DNA from: Olsenella sp.
GTDB taxonomy: Bacteria > Actinomycetota > Coriobacteriia > Coriobacteriales > Atopobiaceae
NCBI GenBank assembly: GCA_036454645.1
Contig: JAZHSQ010000003.1
Coordinates: 20,504 to 84,503 of the forward strand
Direction: 5' to 3'
DNA: 64,000 nt
Shown piece by piece: positions 43,717 through 54,287 of this stretch. The notes under the pieces were generated by a model. That model was given only the letters and a program-made list of their open reading frames with translations, had not been told where the DNA came from and did not search any database. Each line of letters opens with the position of its first letter. Position 1 is the stretch's first letter. The translations under genes and the position numbers were made by a program.

Positions 43717-46583
43717 GCGCGCGCGGCGCCTGCGGCCGAGGAGCCCGGCGAGGATCGCGAGGACGCCGCCGGCGAGGGTGGCGCCGACCGCGGCCTGTTC
43801 CGTGCGGTCGCCGGTCGCGGGGACGGATTCCTGCGCGGCCAGGTGCGCCTGCCCGCGCCGGTAGCCGGCGCTGGCGGTGTGCACCGTGCCGCTCGCAACC
43901 TCGCCGTCCTTCTCGGCACCTGCCTGGGCTTCCTCGGTGCCAGCCTCGGGCTCGGCCGGCTGGACGGGCTCCCCTGCATGGGGCGCGATCACGAAGACGA
44001 GCGGCTCGGACTCGAGCGGATCGTGGTCGTCGTCGCCCGCGGCGAAGGCGCGCACGAAGTACCTGCCAGCGGCGTGCGGCCTCCCGGGGAGCTCGTTGCC
44101 GTCCGCGTCGTAGTAGTGGAAGGACATGGCGCCGGCCTGTGCGGTCGCCGTGGGGCTGGCCTCGCGCTCGCCCTCGGTCCATCCGGGCATCGAGGGGCCG
44201 GCGACCCAGGCGTTCTTGAGCCTCTTCACGACGTGCTCAAGCCGGGGGAAGAGGTAGGAGGTGCTCGGGCTGGCCGCCGCGCCCGCGCCCGCGCCGCTGC
44301 CCGCGCCCGCGCCGCCGCCCGCGCCCGCGGTGCCGCCCGCGCCCGCGGTGCCGCCCGCGCCCGCGCTGCCCGCGCCGCCGCGGCTCGCGTTCTTGACCAT
44401 CAGCTTCAGGCCGACGAGCTGCCTGATCTGCTCGCGCGTGAGGGTCAGCGTCGCCTTGCCGTCGACGACCGTGGTCCCGCCGATCTGCTCGCCCGCCGCG
44501 TCCAGCGCCACGAGGTAGTGCGCCACGACGCCGGCGTCGAACGGCAGCGCGAGGTCGATCGCCTCGGAGGCGTACCTGCCGTCCTCACCCCGCTTCGCGA
44601 GGTCGAAGACGACCCGCGCGACCAGCTCGTCCGCCGGGCGCTCGCCCGCGCGTGCCTGGCGGATCACGACGTTCTTGAGGGTGAAGCCGTCCATCGGCAC
44701 GGAGAAGGTCGTGGCGTCGCCACGCACCCTGAAGCTGATGTGCGGCACGAGCTCGTAGGCGCCGAGCGCCCCCTCGCCGGGCGCCTTGGCCAGCTCGAAC
44801 GAGAAGCCGTCGCGCTCGAGGCGCAGGTCCTGCGCGCGGAAGGCCTCCTGCGACTTGCCCATGCGCGCCCTGCCCTCGAAGGTGACCGTCACGTCCTCCA
44901 GGTCGACGGGGTTGCCGTCCGCGTCGAGCACCGTCGCGCGGACGGTCCGGTTGGCGCTCGGCTCGCCCGCGTCCTGCGCGAAGCTGACGAGTCCGCCGTC
45001 TCCCGCGGCGTCGAGGGCGAAGAGGTAGCGGGGCCGCTGCCTCACGTGCACGGGCTGGACGAAGAGGAAGTCGGTCCCCTCGTAGGTGAGGTAGACGTTC
45101 ACGACCTCGTCGCGGACGGCGCCGACGACGTTGGCCGGGACGCGCAGGGTGGCGTTCCCGCCGTCCGCGGACGTGAGCTCGTAGCCGTCGGGCGCGTTCT
45201 CGAGCGCGGCGACGCGCACCGTGTCGACGCCGAACATGCCGGCGATCGCGGCGTCGACGTCCTCGAAGCCCCTGATTGTCGGCAGTCTGACGAGCACCTC
45301 GCCGCCGTCTGACGGCACCGTCGCCTCCACGGGGTCGACGCTCTGGTTGATGGTGCCGACGACGACCTTCTTCTCGATCTCGTTGCCCTCGAAGATGCCG
45401 CCGAGATCGACGTACTTCTTGTCGAGGAGCGGCCTGAGCACGGAGAGGTCGGTGATGTGGTTGACCCTCACGAGGAAGGTCGGCGGGTTGTCCGAGGGCT
45501 CGCCGGTCACGGCGTCGGCCATGGCCTGCGCGAAGTCCGCGAGGCAGCTGATGTCGCGGATGTGGTTGCTCTCGATGCTGAGGTAGCGCAGCTTGGTGAG
45601 GTGCGCGAGCGGCTCGATGCTGCCGATCGCCTCGGTGCGGTTGCACGCGTGCATGTCGAGGTACTCGAGGTCGCGGAAGTTGCTCAGGACCGAGATGTCG
45701 GTCACGTGGTTGTAGTAGATGTCGAGGACGCGCAGGTCGGTGAGGCCCGCGATGTGCGTGAGGTCGGAGATCTCGTTGCGGACGAGCCGGAGCTCCCGCA
45801 GCCTGGTGAGGTGCTCGAGCGGCGTGAGGTCGGAGACCGAGTTCTCGTTCAGGTTGAGGACCTCGAGGTTGCGCGCGTGCTCGAGCCCGGCGATCGAGCG
45901 GACCTTGTCGCCCTTGAGGCCCGCGTCGTGGGCGTCGACCTCGCGAAGCGTCGCGAGGTCTGCGGCGGTGATCGCCTCGCCCGCCCTCTTGCCCAGGGCC
46001 TTCTCGATCACGGCGCGCAGGTTCGCGTCGGCGATAAGGACCGGCTCCATGTCGGCCGACGCGAGTGCGGCGGCGTCTGCCGCTGTCGCGGGGGCGCTGG
46101 CCTGGGCCTCGGCCGGGGTGGCGTCGGGCGCCGTCTTGGCCGCGCCGTCCGCGTCCACGTCAACGGGGGCCGTCGCCGCGCCGGCCTCGGCCGTCTCGGC
46201 CGGGGCCTCCGGCGCGGTCGCGCCCGAATCCCCGGCGTCGGCTCCGGTCGCGGGCTCGACGGCCTTCTCGGCAGGGGCCTGCGCCGCGGGTTCTGCCGGC
46301 ACGGCCCGCTCGGGAGCCGCCGGCACCTCGGGAGCCTCGGGAGCCGCTGGCGCTGCGGGGGTCGTCGGCGCGGATTCGGTTGCCGCGACCTGCTCCGCGA
46401 CCGGGGCCTGCTCGGTAACGGGCGCCGCGTCGGCGCTCGGCTGCTCGCCCGAGCTCACCTGCCCCTCCGTCAGCGCTGGCGCCTCGCCCTCGGCCGCGGT
46501 GTCGGCGAGCGCGCGCCGGGGACGGCGCAGAGCGTCGCGGTGAGCGCCACCGTCACGGACACGTTCCTTGCGTTCAGGTTCAT
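43705..46583 (-). pseudogene. Internalin-like LRR, sortase-anchored surface protein, frameshifted in the signal peptide
   Basis: ATG 46583 after GGAGGG encodes MNLNARNVSVTVALTATLCAVPGA, out of frame with the body (LADT...); 22-aa LRRs (LEVLNLNENSVSDLTPL), Gly/Ala linker, VPATG + TM + RRRR tail. Confidence 0.8.
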
Positions 46584-46826
46584 CTTCCCTCCAAGCTCGT
46601 GCCTTGCCTGCCATCCGCTCCTCGCCCATGCCGACCACGCCCGCTCCAGCGCGGTCGCCCGGCCTACGGCCTCGGATCGCGGGCACGCGACGCCCGGCCC
46701 CTCCGTCGACGGCAGAGCGCGGGAGGTCGTGGCGTGGGATGGATGGGAGAGGAACGAAACCTAAGAAAACCTGAAACAACGTACGGCCTGGATGCGGATT
46801 GGTGGTTTAGCGTGGCGATTATGAAT

Positions 46827-46857
46827 GCGAGGGGCAGGGTTTCGCGGGCGAACGGCA
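46827..46857 (-). promoter_or_regulatory. LytTR-type direct repeat upstream of the LRR surface protein
   Basis: Minus strand TGCCGTTCGC-N11-TGCCCCTCGC. Confidence 0.5.
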
Positions 46858-46976
46858 CGCGAGCCGTCGCACTTGTCGCACTTCGTCGCGACTGCCACGT
46901 CCTTCTCGCCCGGCATCGCGCCCGTAGTCCCTGCCCGCTCCGCCGGCCCCCGGCCCGCCGCGCCCGGCCCCCGGCG

Positions 46977-48434
46977 CTACCAGCGGACCGTCGCGATGAC
47001 GTCGCCGACCGCGACGGACTGCGCCTCGGTGAAGGCGACCTCCGCGAGGTCGTCGGCGTTGGTGATGGTGAGCGTCACGATGTTGCGCTCGCCGGCGCTC
47101 GCGAGCTTGCTGGCGTTCCAGGAGAGGAGCGGCGTGCCGCGGCGCACCGTGTCGTTCTGCCAGGCGTGCTGGCGGAAGCCGCTTCCGCGGTAGTGCTCCA
47201 CGCTCGAGCCCACGGCGAGCAGCATCTCCACGCCGTCCTGGGTGAGAAGCCCGAGCGCGTTGCGGCTGGGCAGCTGGGCCGTCACGCGGCAGGTCGCCGG
47301 CGCGAAGACCATGTTGCCCTGCGGCACGATCGCGATGCCCACGCCGTAGATCCCGTCCTCGGCGCCGTTGCGGTTGATGCCCTGGGCGACGGTCACGACC
47401 TGGCCCGACACCGGCGCGAACACCTTGTCGCGGTCCTCCTTGGACTCGTCGAGCACCACGTACTCGTGGTCGTGGAACGAGCGGTCGTGCTGGTTCTGGT
47501 CGGCCTTGGCCGTGAGGTCGCGCGCGCGGCCGGCGAAGTAGTACAGGTCGACCGTCGCCTTGTCCGGGTTGTTGTAGGCGCGCACGTAGAAGTCGCGCTT
47601 CTCGTCGTTGCTGGCGTAGCGGTCGGAGAGGCCCTCCCCGGTGAAGCCGTGGACGGGCCGGTCGCCCACGAGGCGCCGGGACACGGCCTCCACCTGGGCG
47701 TCCGGGACGCCGCAGGCCGCGAGGTAGCCGCGGAAGGTGCCGTGGCGCTCGAGCAGGCGGTCCAGCACCACGGAGATCGCCTCGATGCGCATGGCCAGCT
47801 CGGGGCGGATGGGGTGGCTCGCGTCGCGGGTCTCGAAGATGGCGGCGTTCACCTCGGGGATGTAGCCGAAGGAGTAGGCGTAGTCCGCGATGATGGCCTT
47901 GCGGTCCACGCCGGCCAGGCCCAGGAGGAGCATGGAGAGGACGCCGGTGCGGTCGCTGCCGGCGCCGCAGTGGAAGAGCGTGCAGGTTCCTGGCTCGGCG
48001 CTGCTCAGGAAGGCGAAGGCCCGGCGGATGGCCTCCTGGTTGGCGAGCATCCCGAAGTAGCCCTCCGCCAGGTAGCCGCCGGCGCCGTCGCCGGCGGACA
48101 TCCCCTGCGCGGAGAGGTCGTAGTCGAAGAGGGGGACGTTCTCGTAGTCGACGTCGAGCAGCTGGCAGAGGCGCTCGGGGTCGCCCGCGACCTCCTCGGC
48201 GCCGCGCAGGTCGAGCACGCTCCTGACGCCGTACTCCCACAGCTTGCGCGCGTCCGACCTGCTGACGTGGCTCGTGGTGCCGGAGCGCAGCAGCCGGTGC
48301 TCGAGGGTCCTGCCGCCCGGCGTCTCGTAGCCGCCGAGCTCGCGCAGGTTGAGGCCGGTCGAGATGCCCACCTCGCCGGTGGCGTAGCCGCGGCGCGGTC
48401 CGTGGTGCGACAGGATCCTCCTGAAGAGCCCCAT
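46977..48434 (-). CDS. Tyrosine-protein phosphatase (Y_phosphatase3-type) fused to a PTS EIIA-Glc-like domain
   Basis: NLRELGGY, LLRSG, VLDLR, P-loop HCGAGSDRTG, ADY; C-terminal VFAPVSGQV...GVGIAIVP...VFAP...GVEMLL..G. Confidence 0.85.
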   Translation of the reverse strand: MGLFRRILSHHGPRRGYATGEVGISTGLNLRELGGYETPGGRTLEHRLLRSGTTSHVSRSDARKLWEYGVRSVLDLRGAEEVAGDPERLCQLLDVDYENVPLFDYDLSAQGMSAGDGAGGYLAEGYFGMLANQEAIRRAFAFLSSAEPGTCTLFHCGAGSDRTGVLSMLLLGLAGVDRKAIIADYAYSFGYIPEVNAAIFETRDASHPIRPELAMRIEAISVVLDRLLERHGTFRGYLAACGVPDAQVEAVSRRLVGDRPVHGFTGEGLSDRYASNDEKRDFYVRAYNNPDKATVDLYYFAGRARDLTAKADQNQHDRSFHDHEYVVLDESKEDRDKVFAPVSGQVVTVAQGINRNGAEDGIYGVGIAIVPQGNMVFAPATCRVTAQLPSRNALGLLTQDGVEMLLAVGSSVEHYRGSGFRQHAWQNDTVRRGTPLLSWNASKLASAGERNIVTLTITNADDLAEVAFTEAQSVAVGDVIATVRW

Positions 48435-48461
48435 GGCGAGCCCCCTCCGTCGGTCGGTGCG

Positions 48462-49046
48462 CTACAGGCAGGCGTTCTCGATGAAGCGCTTGAGCTCCTT
48501 CATGCCCTGGCCGGTCTGCGAGGAGGTGATGACGCAGGCCATGGGGTCCACGCCGAGCTGGCGCGCGAGCGAGGAGCGCTGCTGCGCCTGCTTGGTCTTC
48601 GCGATCTTGTCGGCCTTGGTGAGCGCGACGATGAAGGGCAGCCCGCTCTGGTTGAGGTAGGAGAGCATCTCGAGGTCGAGCTTCTGCGCGTCGTGGCGGA
48701 TGTCGACGAGGGAGACGACCAGGTTGTGGCTGCGCTCGCTCTCGAAGTAGCCCCAGATGAGGTCGGCCCAGCGCTGCTTCTCCGCGCCGGAGACCTTCGC
48801 GAAGCCGTAGCCCGGCAGGTCGACGAAGTGCACGCCGTCGGCCTCGAAGAAGTTGACGTTGGCCGTCTTGCCGGGCTGCGAGGAGACCTTCGCGAGGCCC
48901 TTGTGGTTGAAGAGCTTGTTGATCAGCGACGACTTGCCCACGTTGGAGCGGCCGACGAAGCAGACCTCCGGCATGTTGCTCTCGGGCAGCTGCGCGATCG
49001 TGCCGTACGAGGCCTCGAAGTGCGCCTTCTCGTAGTGCAGTGACAT
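48462..49046 (-). CDS. engB: Ribosome biogenesis GTPase YihA/YsxC
   Basis: GRSNVGKSSLIN, PGKT, DLPGYG, TKADK. Confidence 0.96.
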   Translation of the reverse strand: MSLHYEKAHFEASYGTIAQLPESNMPEVCFVGRSNVGKSSLINKLFNHKGLAKVSSQPGKTANVNFFEADGVHFVDLPGYGFAKVSGAEKQRWADLIWGYFESERSHNLVVSLVDIRHDAQKLDLEMLSYLNQSGLPFIVALTKADKIAKTKQAQQRSSLARQLGVDPMACVITSSQTGQGMKELKRFIENACL

Positions 49047-49069
49047 GTGGTCCTCCTGGGGGGTGGGGG

Positions 49070-51289
49070 CTAGGCTTCGGGGGCGCCGCCGGCCGCGGGT
49101 GCGGCGGCGGTGCCGGCTGCGGCCGCGTCTGCGGCGTCGGCTGCGCCGGCGTCGCCGCCGGCGGCCCGCGCGGCGGCGAGCGCGGACGTCACGAGCGGGC
49201 TCAGCTCGCCCTGCGAGACGATCGTGACCTTGTGCATCGCGCGGCTGAGCGCGGTGTAGAGCCGGCGGCGCGCGAGCGGCGTGTCGGGGTAGACCTCCGC
49301 CTGGGCGTCGGGGATGACCACGTGGTCGAACTCGAGGCCCTTGGCGAGGGCGAGGTCGAGCAGGACCACGCCCCGCTCGGGCAGGATGTCGTCGGCGTGC
49401 AGCACGCGGACGGAGTCGTCGAGCTGGCGCGAGAGCCAGTGCACGCGCGAGCCGTCCTGCGCGACGAGGGCGCACAGCCCCTCCTCTCCGTGGGCGCGCG
49501 CCACCACGTCGCGCAGCGCGTCGAGGTAGCCCTCGCGCGAGTCGCAGGCGAGGACCTCGGGCGCGACGCCGGCGCGGTGCACGGAGCTGGCCCGCGAGCG
49601 CGCGTCCTTCTCGACCAGGCCCATGAACAGGGCCGTGATCTCGGGGCTGGAGCGGTAGCTCGTCAGCAGCTCGCAGGAGTCGACCTCGCCGTGGGTGCGC
49701 TCGAAGATCGCGCGGATCTGCGGGAAGGTTGCCGTGCCCTCGCGGATGGCCTGGTTCTCGTCGCCCAGGAGCAGGAAGTGCGCGCGCGAGAAGTAGCGGG
49801 CGAGCACCATGAGCTGCGTCTCCGTGTAGTCCTGGACCTCGTCGACCATCACGTAGCGGGCGGCGGGCGCCGAGTCGCCGGTGATGGCGAGCTTGAGGTA
49901 GAGCCACTCGGCCGCGGTCAGCGTCCTGCCGTCGAGAAGGCGCGAGCCGATGCGGTCGACCCTCAGCCAGTCGACGCGCTCGATCGCGTCGTGCGCCGAG
50001 GCGTAGCGGTCCTCCACGTAGCGCCTGGTCAGCTCGAGGGTCTCCGCGTCGTCGACGGGGTTGGCGACCTCGCCGAAGATCCTGAGCTGCTCGTCCACGT
50101 CCAGGCCGAGCATCTCCGCCTGGACGTCCTCGTCGTGCGCGAGGCGGCCGAGCTTGCGGTCGAGACGGACGTGCAGCTCGTCCTTGGTGAGGGCGACCAG
50201 GCGCGGACCCACCGGGAAGCGCGCGAACTTCTCGGCCGCGCTCGCCACCTGCGACGCCTGGAGCAGCACCTCGCCGTCGGCCGAGACCTCGCGGAAGTCC
50301 TCTGGCTCGAGCGCGAGAGCGCCCACGCCGGCGTCGAGCTGGCGGAGCCGGTCGCTCGAGCCCGCGGCGCCGTCCGCGCGGTCCTTGAGGCCGAGCGACG
50401 CCACGAACTCGCGCCAGGTGAAGGTCTGCGGGTTGGACTCGCCCAGGCTCGGCAGGACGGTGTCGATGTAGCGCTTGAACACGTCGTTGGGCGTGAAGAG
50501 GTAGACCTGCTCGGGCGAGAGGCTCTCGCGCTCGTTGTAGAACAGGTACGCGATGCGCTGGAGCAGCACGGAGGTCTTGCCGGAGCCCGCGATGCCGTTA
50601 ACGAGAAGGACCGGCACGTCCGCATGACGCACGACCTCGTTCTGCTCGCGCTGGATGGTGGCCGTGATGTCGCGGAGCTTCTCGGTGTGGTGGCGCCTGA
50701 GGGCGGAGAGCAGGAGCGAGTCCTCGATCGCGACGGTGGTGTCGAAGTAGGAGTTGAGCCGGTCGGCGGTTATGTCGAACTGGCGGCGCAGCTCGAGGTC
50801 GACGTGGCGCACCTTGCCGTCGACCAGGTAGGTCGTGGGGCCGCTCTCCTGGTTGTAGTAGGTCTCCGCGATGGGGGAGCGCCAGTCCACGATCAGCGGG
50901 CGGCGGTCCTTGTCCGTCAGGCCCACCGAGCCGATGTAGACGTCGCGCGCCGGGCGGTTGGGCCGCATCTTGAGCCGGACCTTGGCGAAGTACGGCTGGC
51001 GGAGAAGGGCGATGGTGCGGCGGAGGCGGTCGACGTCGAAGTCGTGCGCCTGGTTGTAGGCGTCGATGACCGAGTTGAGCGTCTCGATGGCCGCAAGCGT
51101 CTCCATGGTCTCGTCCGCGCTGGTGAAGTCGGTCGTGACCTCCTCGGACATGTCGCGCAGGTCCTGGGCGGCCTGCTTGTGCGTGGTCTCGAGCTTGAGC
51201 GCCAGCTCGTCGCGGATCTGGCGGATTTGCTCGTAGATCTCGCTCAGGTGCGCCTGCTCCTGCTCGAATATCGGGTCGGTCTCTGCCAT
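49070..51289 (-). CDS. helD: HelD-like RNA polymerase recycling ATPase (UvrD-like)
   Basis: QPYFAK, IVDWRSPIA, DITATIQREQNEVV, GIAGSGKT, QRIAYL, VDEVQD, SYRSS, KGLEFD, LYTALSRA. Confidence 0.88.
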   Translation of the reverse strand: MAETDPIFEQEQAHLSEIYEQIRQIRDELALKLETTHKQAAQDLRDMSEEVTTDFTSADETMETLAAIETLNSVIDAYNQAHDFDVDRLRRTIALLRQPYFAKVRLKMRPNRPARDVYIGSVGLTDKDRRPLIVDWRSPIAETYYNQESGPTTYLVDGKVRHVDLELRRQFDITADRLNSYFDTTVAIEDSLLLSALRRHHTEKLRDITATIQREQNEVVRHADVPVLLVNGIAGSGKTSVLLQRIAYLFYNERESLSPEQVYLFTPNDVFKRYIDTVLPSLGESNPQTFTWREFVASLGLKDRADGAAGSSDRLRQLDAGVGALALEPEDFREVSADGEVLLQASQVASAAEKFARFPVGPRLVALTKDELHVRLDRKLGRLAHDEDVQAEMLGLDVDEQLRIFGEVANPVDDAETLELTRRYVEDRYASAHDAIERVDWLRVDRIGSRLLDGRTLTAAEWLYLKLAITGDSAPAARYVMVDEVQDYTETQLMVLARYFSRAHFLLLGDENQAIREGTATFPQIRAIFERTHGEVDSCELLTSYRSSPEITALFMGLVEKDARSRASSVHRAGVAPEVLACDSREGYLDALRDVVARAHGEEGLCALVAQDGSRVHWLSRQLDDSVRVLHADDILPERGVVLLDLALAKGLEFDHVVIPDAQAEVYPDTPLARRRLYTALSRAMHKVTIVSQGELSPLVTSALAAARAAGGDAGAADAADAAAAGTAAAPAAGGAPEA

Positions 51290-51383
51290 GCATCCTCCCG
51301 CTCGGGACGTGTGCGAACGCGCGGCGCCGCGGCGTCGAAAAACGTGGTTATCTATCGTAGCGCAGCCGGGCGCCGCCGCGCGC

Positions 51384-54065
51384 CTACTCCGCGACGTCCT
51401 CGAAGAACCCGACGCGGTAGTCGTCGAAGACGGCCTCGCCGTCCTCCTGGGTCTCGTCGAGCAGTACGTCGGCCATGATCCGGAAGTCGCCGTCGCCGTC
51501 CGCGTCGTGGAAGATCTGGCAGACGTGCCAGACGTGCCCGGCGCGCTCGTCCTTCTCGTCGATGGAGAAGAACCGCGCGCTGCGGGCGTCGCCGTCGAGC
51601 AGGATCTCGTCGTGCTCCTGGTAGTACGAGTCGAGCGCGGCCTTCCACCTCGGCGCGCGCCAGCCCCACTCGCCGTCCATCTCGCCCAGGCGGTCGACCT
51701 TGCCACGCGCCGCCAGCACCACGCGCGAGAAGAGCGCGTTGCGTACGAGCAGCGTGAGCGCGCGCCGGTCGTGCACGACCTCGTCGGCCGCCTCCGGCGC
51801 CGCGAGCGTCGCGCCCGCGTCCTCGCTTGTCGCGCCCTCCCACTCGTCGACCAGCGAGGAGTCGACGGTGCGCACGACGAGGCGCAGCCAGCGCACGATG
51901 TCGTCCAGGCGCTCGTCGCGCTTCTCGGCCGGAATCGTGCGGTCCAGCACGCGGTAGGCGTCGGAGAGGTAGCGCAGCAGGAGCCCCTCGGAGCGCGAGG
52001 CGTTGTAGCGCGCGATGTAGCCCTTGAAGTCCGAGGCCCCCTCGACCATGTCGCGCAGGACGCTCTTGGGCGACAGCGCGTAGTCGGCGGCCCACGGCAC
52101 CTCCTCGCAGTAGCGCTCGAAGGCGGCTGAGAGCAGCTCCTCGAGCGGCTTGGGGTAGGTGACCTCCTGGATGCGCTCGATGCGCTCGTCGTAGTCGACG
52201 CCGTCGGCCTTCATCTGCGCCATGGCCTCGTCGCGTGCCTGGCGCTCCTGCGCCTGCAGGATCTGGCGCGGGTCCTCGAGCGTCGACTCTACCATGGAGA
52301 TGAGGTCGAGCGCGTAGGTCTCGCTCTCCGGGTCGAGCAGCTCGATGGCGGCGAGGAGGAAGGGTGAGAGGGGCTGGTCGAGCGCGAAGTCCTCCGGCAT
52401 CTCGACCGTGAGCGCATAGGAGTCGACGCCGTCCTCGCCCGTCTCGCGCACCACGACGCCGGCGTCGAGCAGGGTCGCGAAGACCTCGTCGGTGCGCTGG
52501 TCGAGCTGGGCCTTCTCTTCCGGGGGCTGGGCCGAGTCCGCCACGAGCCGGTGGACGCGGGCCAGGGCGTCGCCGCCCTGCTCGACCTCGGCGAGGACCA
52601 TGGAGTGCGTGATGCGCAGGTGGGCCTTGAGCGGCTCGGGGTCGGCGGCGATCAGCCGCTCGAAGGTCTGCTCGTTCCAGCCGACGAAGCCCTCTCGCGG
52701 CTTCTTCGTCTTGATGCTGCGGGCGCGCTTGGCGTCGCCGCCGGCCTTGCGCAGCGCGCGGGCCTTGTCGATGTCGTACTCGGTCGCCTCGGCGATGACC
52801 ACGCCCTCGGTGTCGAAGCCCGCCCGGCCCGCGCGGCCCGCGATCTGGTGGAACTCGCGCGCGTTGAGCCGGCGCATGCGGCGGCCATCGAACTTGGTCA
52901 GCTGGGTGAGAAGGACGGTGTGGATGGGCACGTTGATCCCAACGCCGAGGGTGTCCGTGCCGCAGATGACGGGGAGGAGCCCCTGCTGGGCGAGCTTCTC
53001 CACGAGGAGGCGGTAGCGCGGCAGCATGCCGGCGTGGTGGACGCCGACGCCCTGCAGCAGGAGCCGGCGCAGGGTCTTGCCGAAGTCCGTGGTGAAGCGG
53101 GTGCCCTTGATGGCCTCCTTGATGGCGTCGCGCTGCTCGCGCTCCGAGACGCCGTAGCTCGCCAGGCTCGTGGCGCTCTTGAGGGCGGCGTCCTGCGCGA
53201 AGTGCACCACGTAGATGGGGGCGTCGCCGCTCTTGAGGGCGAGCTCCACGGTCGCCTCGAGCGGGGTGTCGACGAACTTGTAGCTGAGCGGCACGGGGCG
53301 CGGCGCATCGGCGACGGTGTCCACGTCGCGGCCGGTGTGCTCCTCGAGCGAGGCGGCGATGGCGGAGGTGTCGCCCAGGGTGGCGCTCATGAGGAGGAAC
53401 TGCACGTGGGGGAGGGTGAGCAGGGGCACCTGCCAGGCCCAGCCGCGGTCGCGGTCGGCGTAGAAGTGGAACTCGTCCATCGCGACGAAGCCGATGTCGG
53501 CGTCCTCGCCGAAGCGCAGGGCGTCCTGGGCCAGGATCTCCGCCGTGCAGCAGACGACGGGCGCCTCCGCGTTGATGACCACGTCGCCGGTGATCATGCC
53601 GACGTTGTCCGCGCCGAGAAGGTCGACGAGGTTGAAGAACTTCTCGCTCACCAGCGCCTTTATGGGCGCGGTGTAGTAGCTGCGCTCGCCGGCGCACATC
53701 GCCATGAAGCACATGCCGAGCGCGACCATGCTCTTGCCGGAGCCGGTCGGCGTGCCGAGGATCACGTTGTCGCCTGAGGCTATGTCGAGGAGGGCCTCCT
53801 CCTGGTGGTCCCACAGCTCGATGCCGCGCGACTCGCACCAGCCGAGGAAGCGCTCGAGGGAGTCCTCGAGCGGCTCGTGGGGGTCGACCTCGGACCAGTC
53901 GGGCGCGAGGCGCCCGAGCGAGCCGGGGCCGTTGGGGCCCTCGTCCGCGACGGCGTCCGCGGCGGCCTGCGTGCCGTCGGGTTGCGCCGCGCCGTCGGGC
54001 TGCGCGGTGCCGGCGGAGTCCGAAGCCGCGGCGGTCTTGGTGTGGGTGGGGTCTGCTTCTGCCAT
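51384..54065 (-). CDS. DEAD/DEAH box helicase with DUF3516
   Basis: PTGSGKS, PIKALVSEK, DEFH, MSAT, HHAGM, TDTLGVGINVP, QIAGRAGR. Confidence 0.93.
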   Translation of the reverse strand: MAEADPTHTKTAAASDSAGTAQPDGAAQPDGTQAAADAVADEGPNGPGSLGRLAPDWSEVDPHEPLEDSLERFLGWCESRGIELWDHQEEALLDIASGDNVILGTPTGSGKSMVALGMCFMAMCAGERSYYTAPIKALVSEKFFNLVDLLGADNVGMITGDVVINAEAPVVCCTAEILAQDALRFGEDADIGFVAMDEFHFYADRDRGWAWQVPLLTLPHVQFLLMSATLGDTSAIAASLEEHTGRDVDTVADAPRPVPLSYKFVDTPLEATVELALKSGDAPIYVVHFAQDAALKSATSLASYGVSEREQRDAIKEAIKGTRFTTDFGKTLRRLLLQGVGVHHAGMLPRYRLLVEKLAQQGLLPVICGTDTLGVGINVPIHTVLLTQLTKFDGRRMRRLNAREFHQIAGRAGRAGFDTEGVVIAEATEYDIDKARALRKAGGDAKRARSIKTKKPREGFVGWNEQTFERLIAADPEPLKAHLRITHSMVLAEVEQGGDALARVHRLVADSAQPPEEKAQLDQRTDEVFATLLDAGVVVRETGEDGVDSYALTVEMPEDFALDQPLSPFLLAAIELLDPESETYALDLISMVESTLEDPRQILQAQERQARDEAMAQMKADGVDYDERIERIQEVTYPKPLEELLSAAFERYCEEVPWAADYALSPKSVLRDMVEGASDFKGYIARYNASRSEGLLLRYLSDAYRVLDRTIPAEKRDERLDDIVRWLRLVVRTVDSSLVDEWEGATSEDAGATLAAPEAADEVVHDRRALTLLVRNALFSRVVLAARGKVDRLGEMDGEWGWRAPRWKAALDSYYQEHDEILLDGDARSARFFSIDEKDERAGHVWHVCQIFHDADGDGDFRIMADVLLDETQEDGEAVFDDYRVGFFEDVAE

Positions 54066-54287
54066 GTGGCTGCCTTTCGGTGCGCTCCCGCGCCGGTCTG
54101 CGCGGGGCCAGGTCCCGGCAGCTGGGACGTGCCGGAACGTCTATTCTAGCCGCGCCGCGCCCGCGCGGCCGCACGGGCGCGCCTCCGCTACCCAATGCCC
54201 AGGCGCGCGGGCTGCTACGATGGGTCCCGTGCCGCGCCGCGCGCGGCGGCGGCCCCGCATCCCCCGAGCGAGAGTCTGGAGCAAGCC

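Noticed and set aside
51290-51383. Rifamycin-associated element upstream of helD (HelR-type resistance)
   Set aside because: No RAE-like palindrome recognised; treated as housekeeping HelD.
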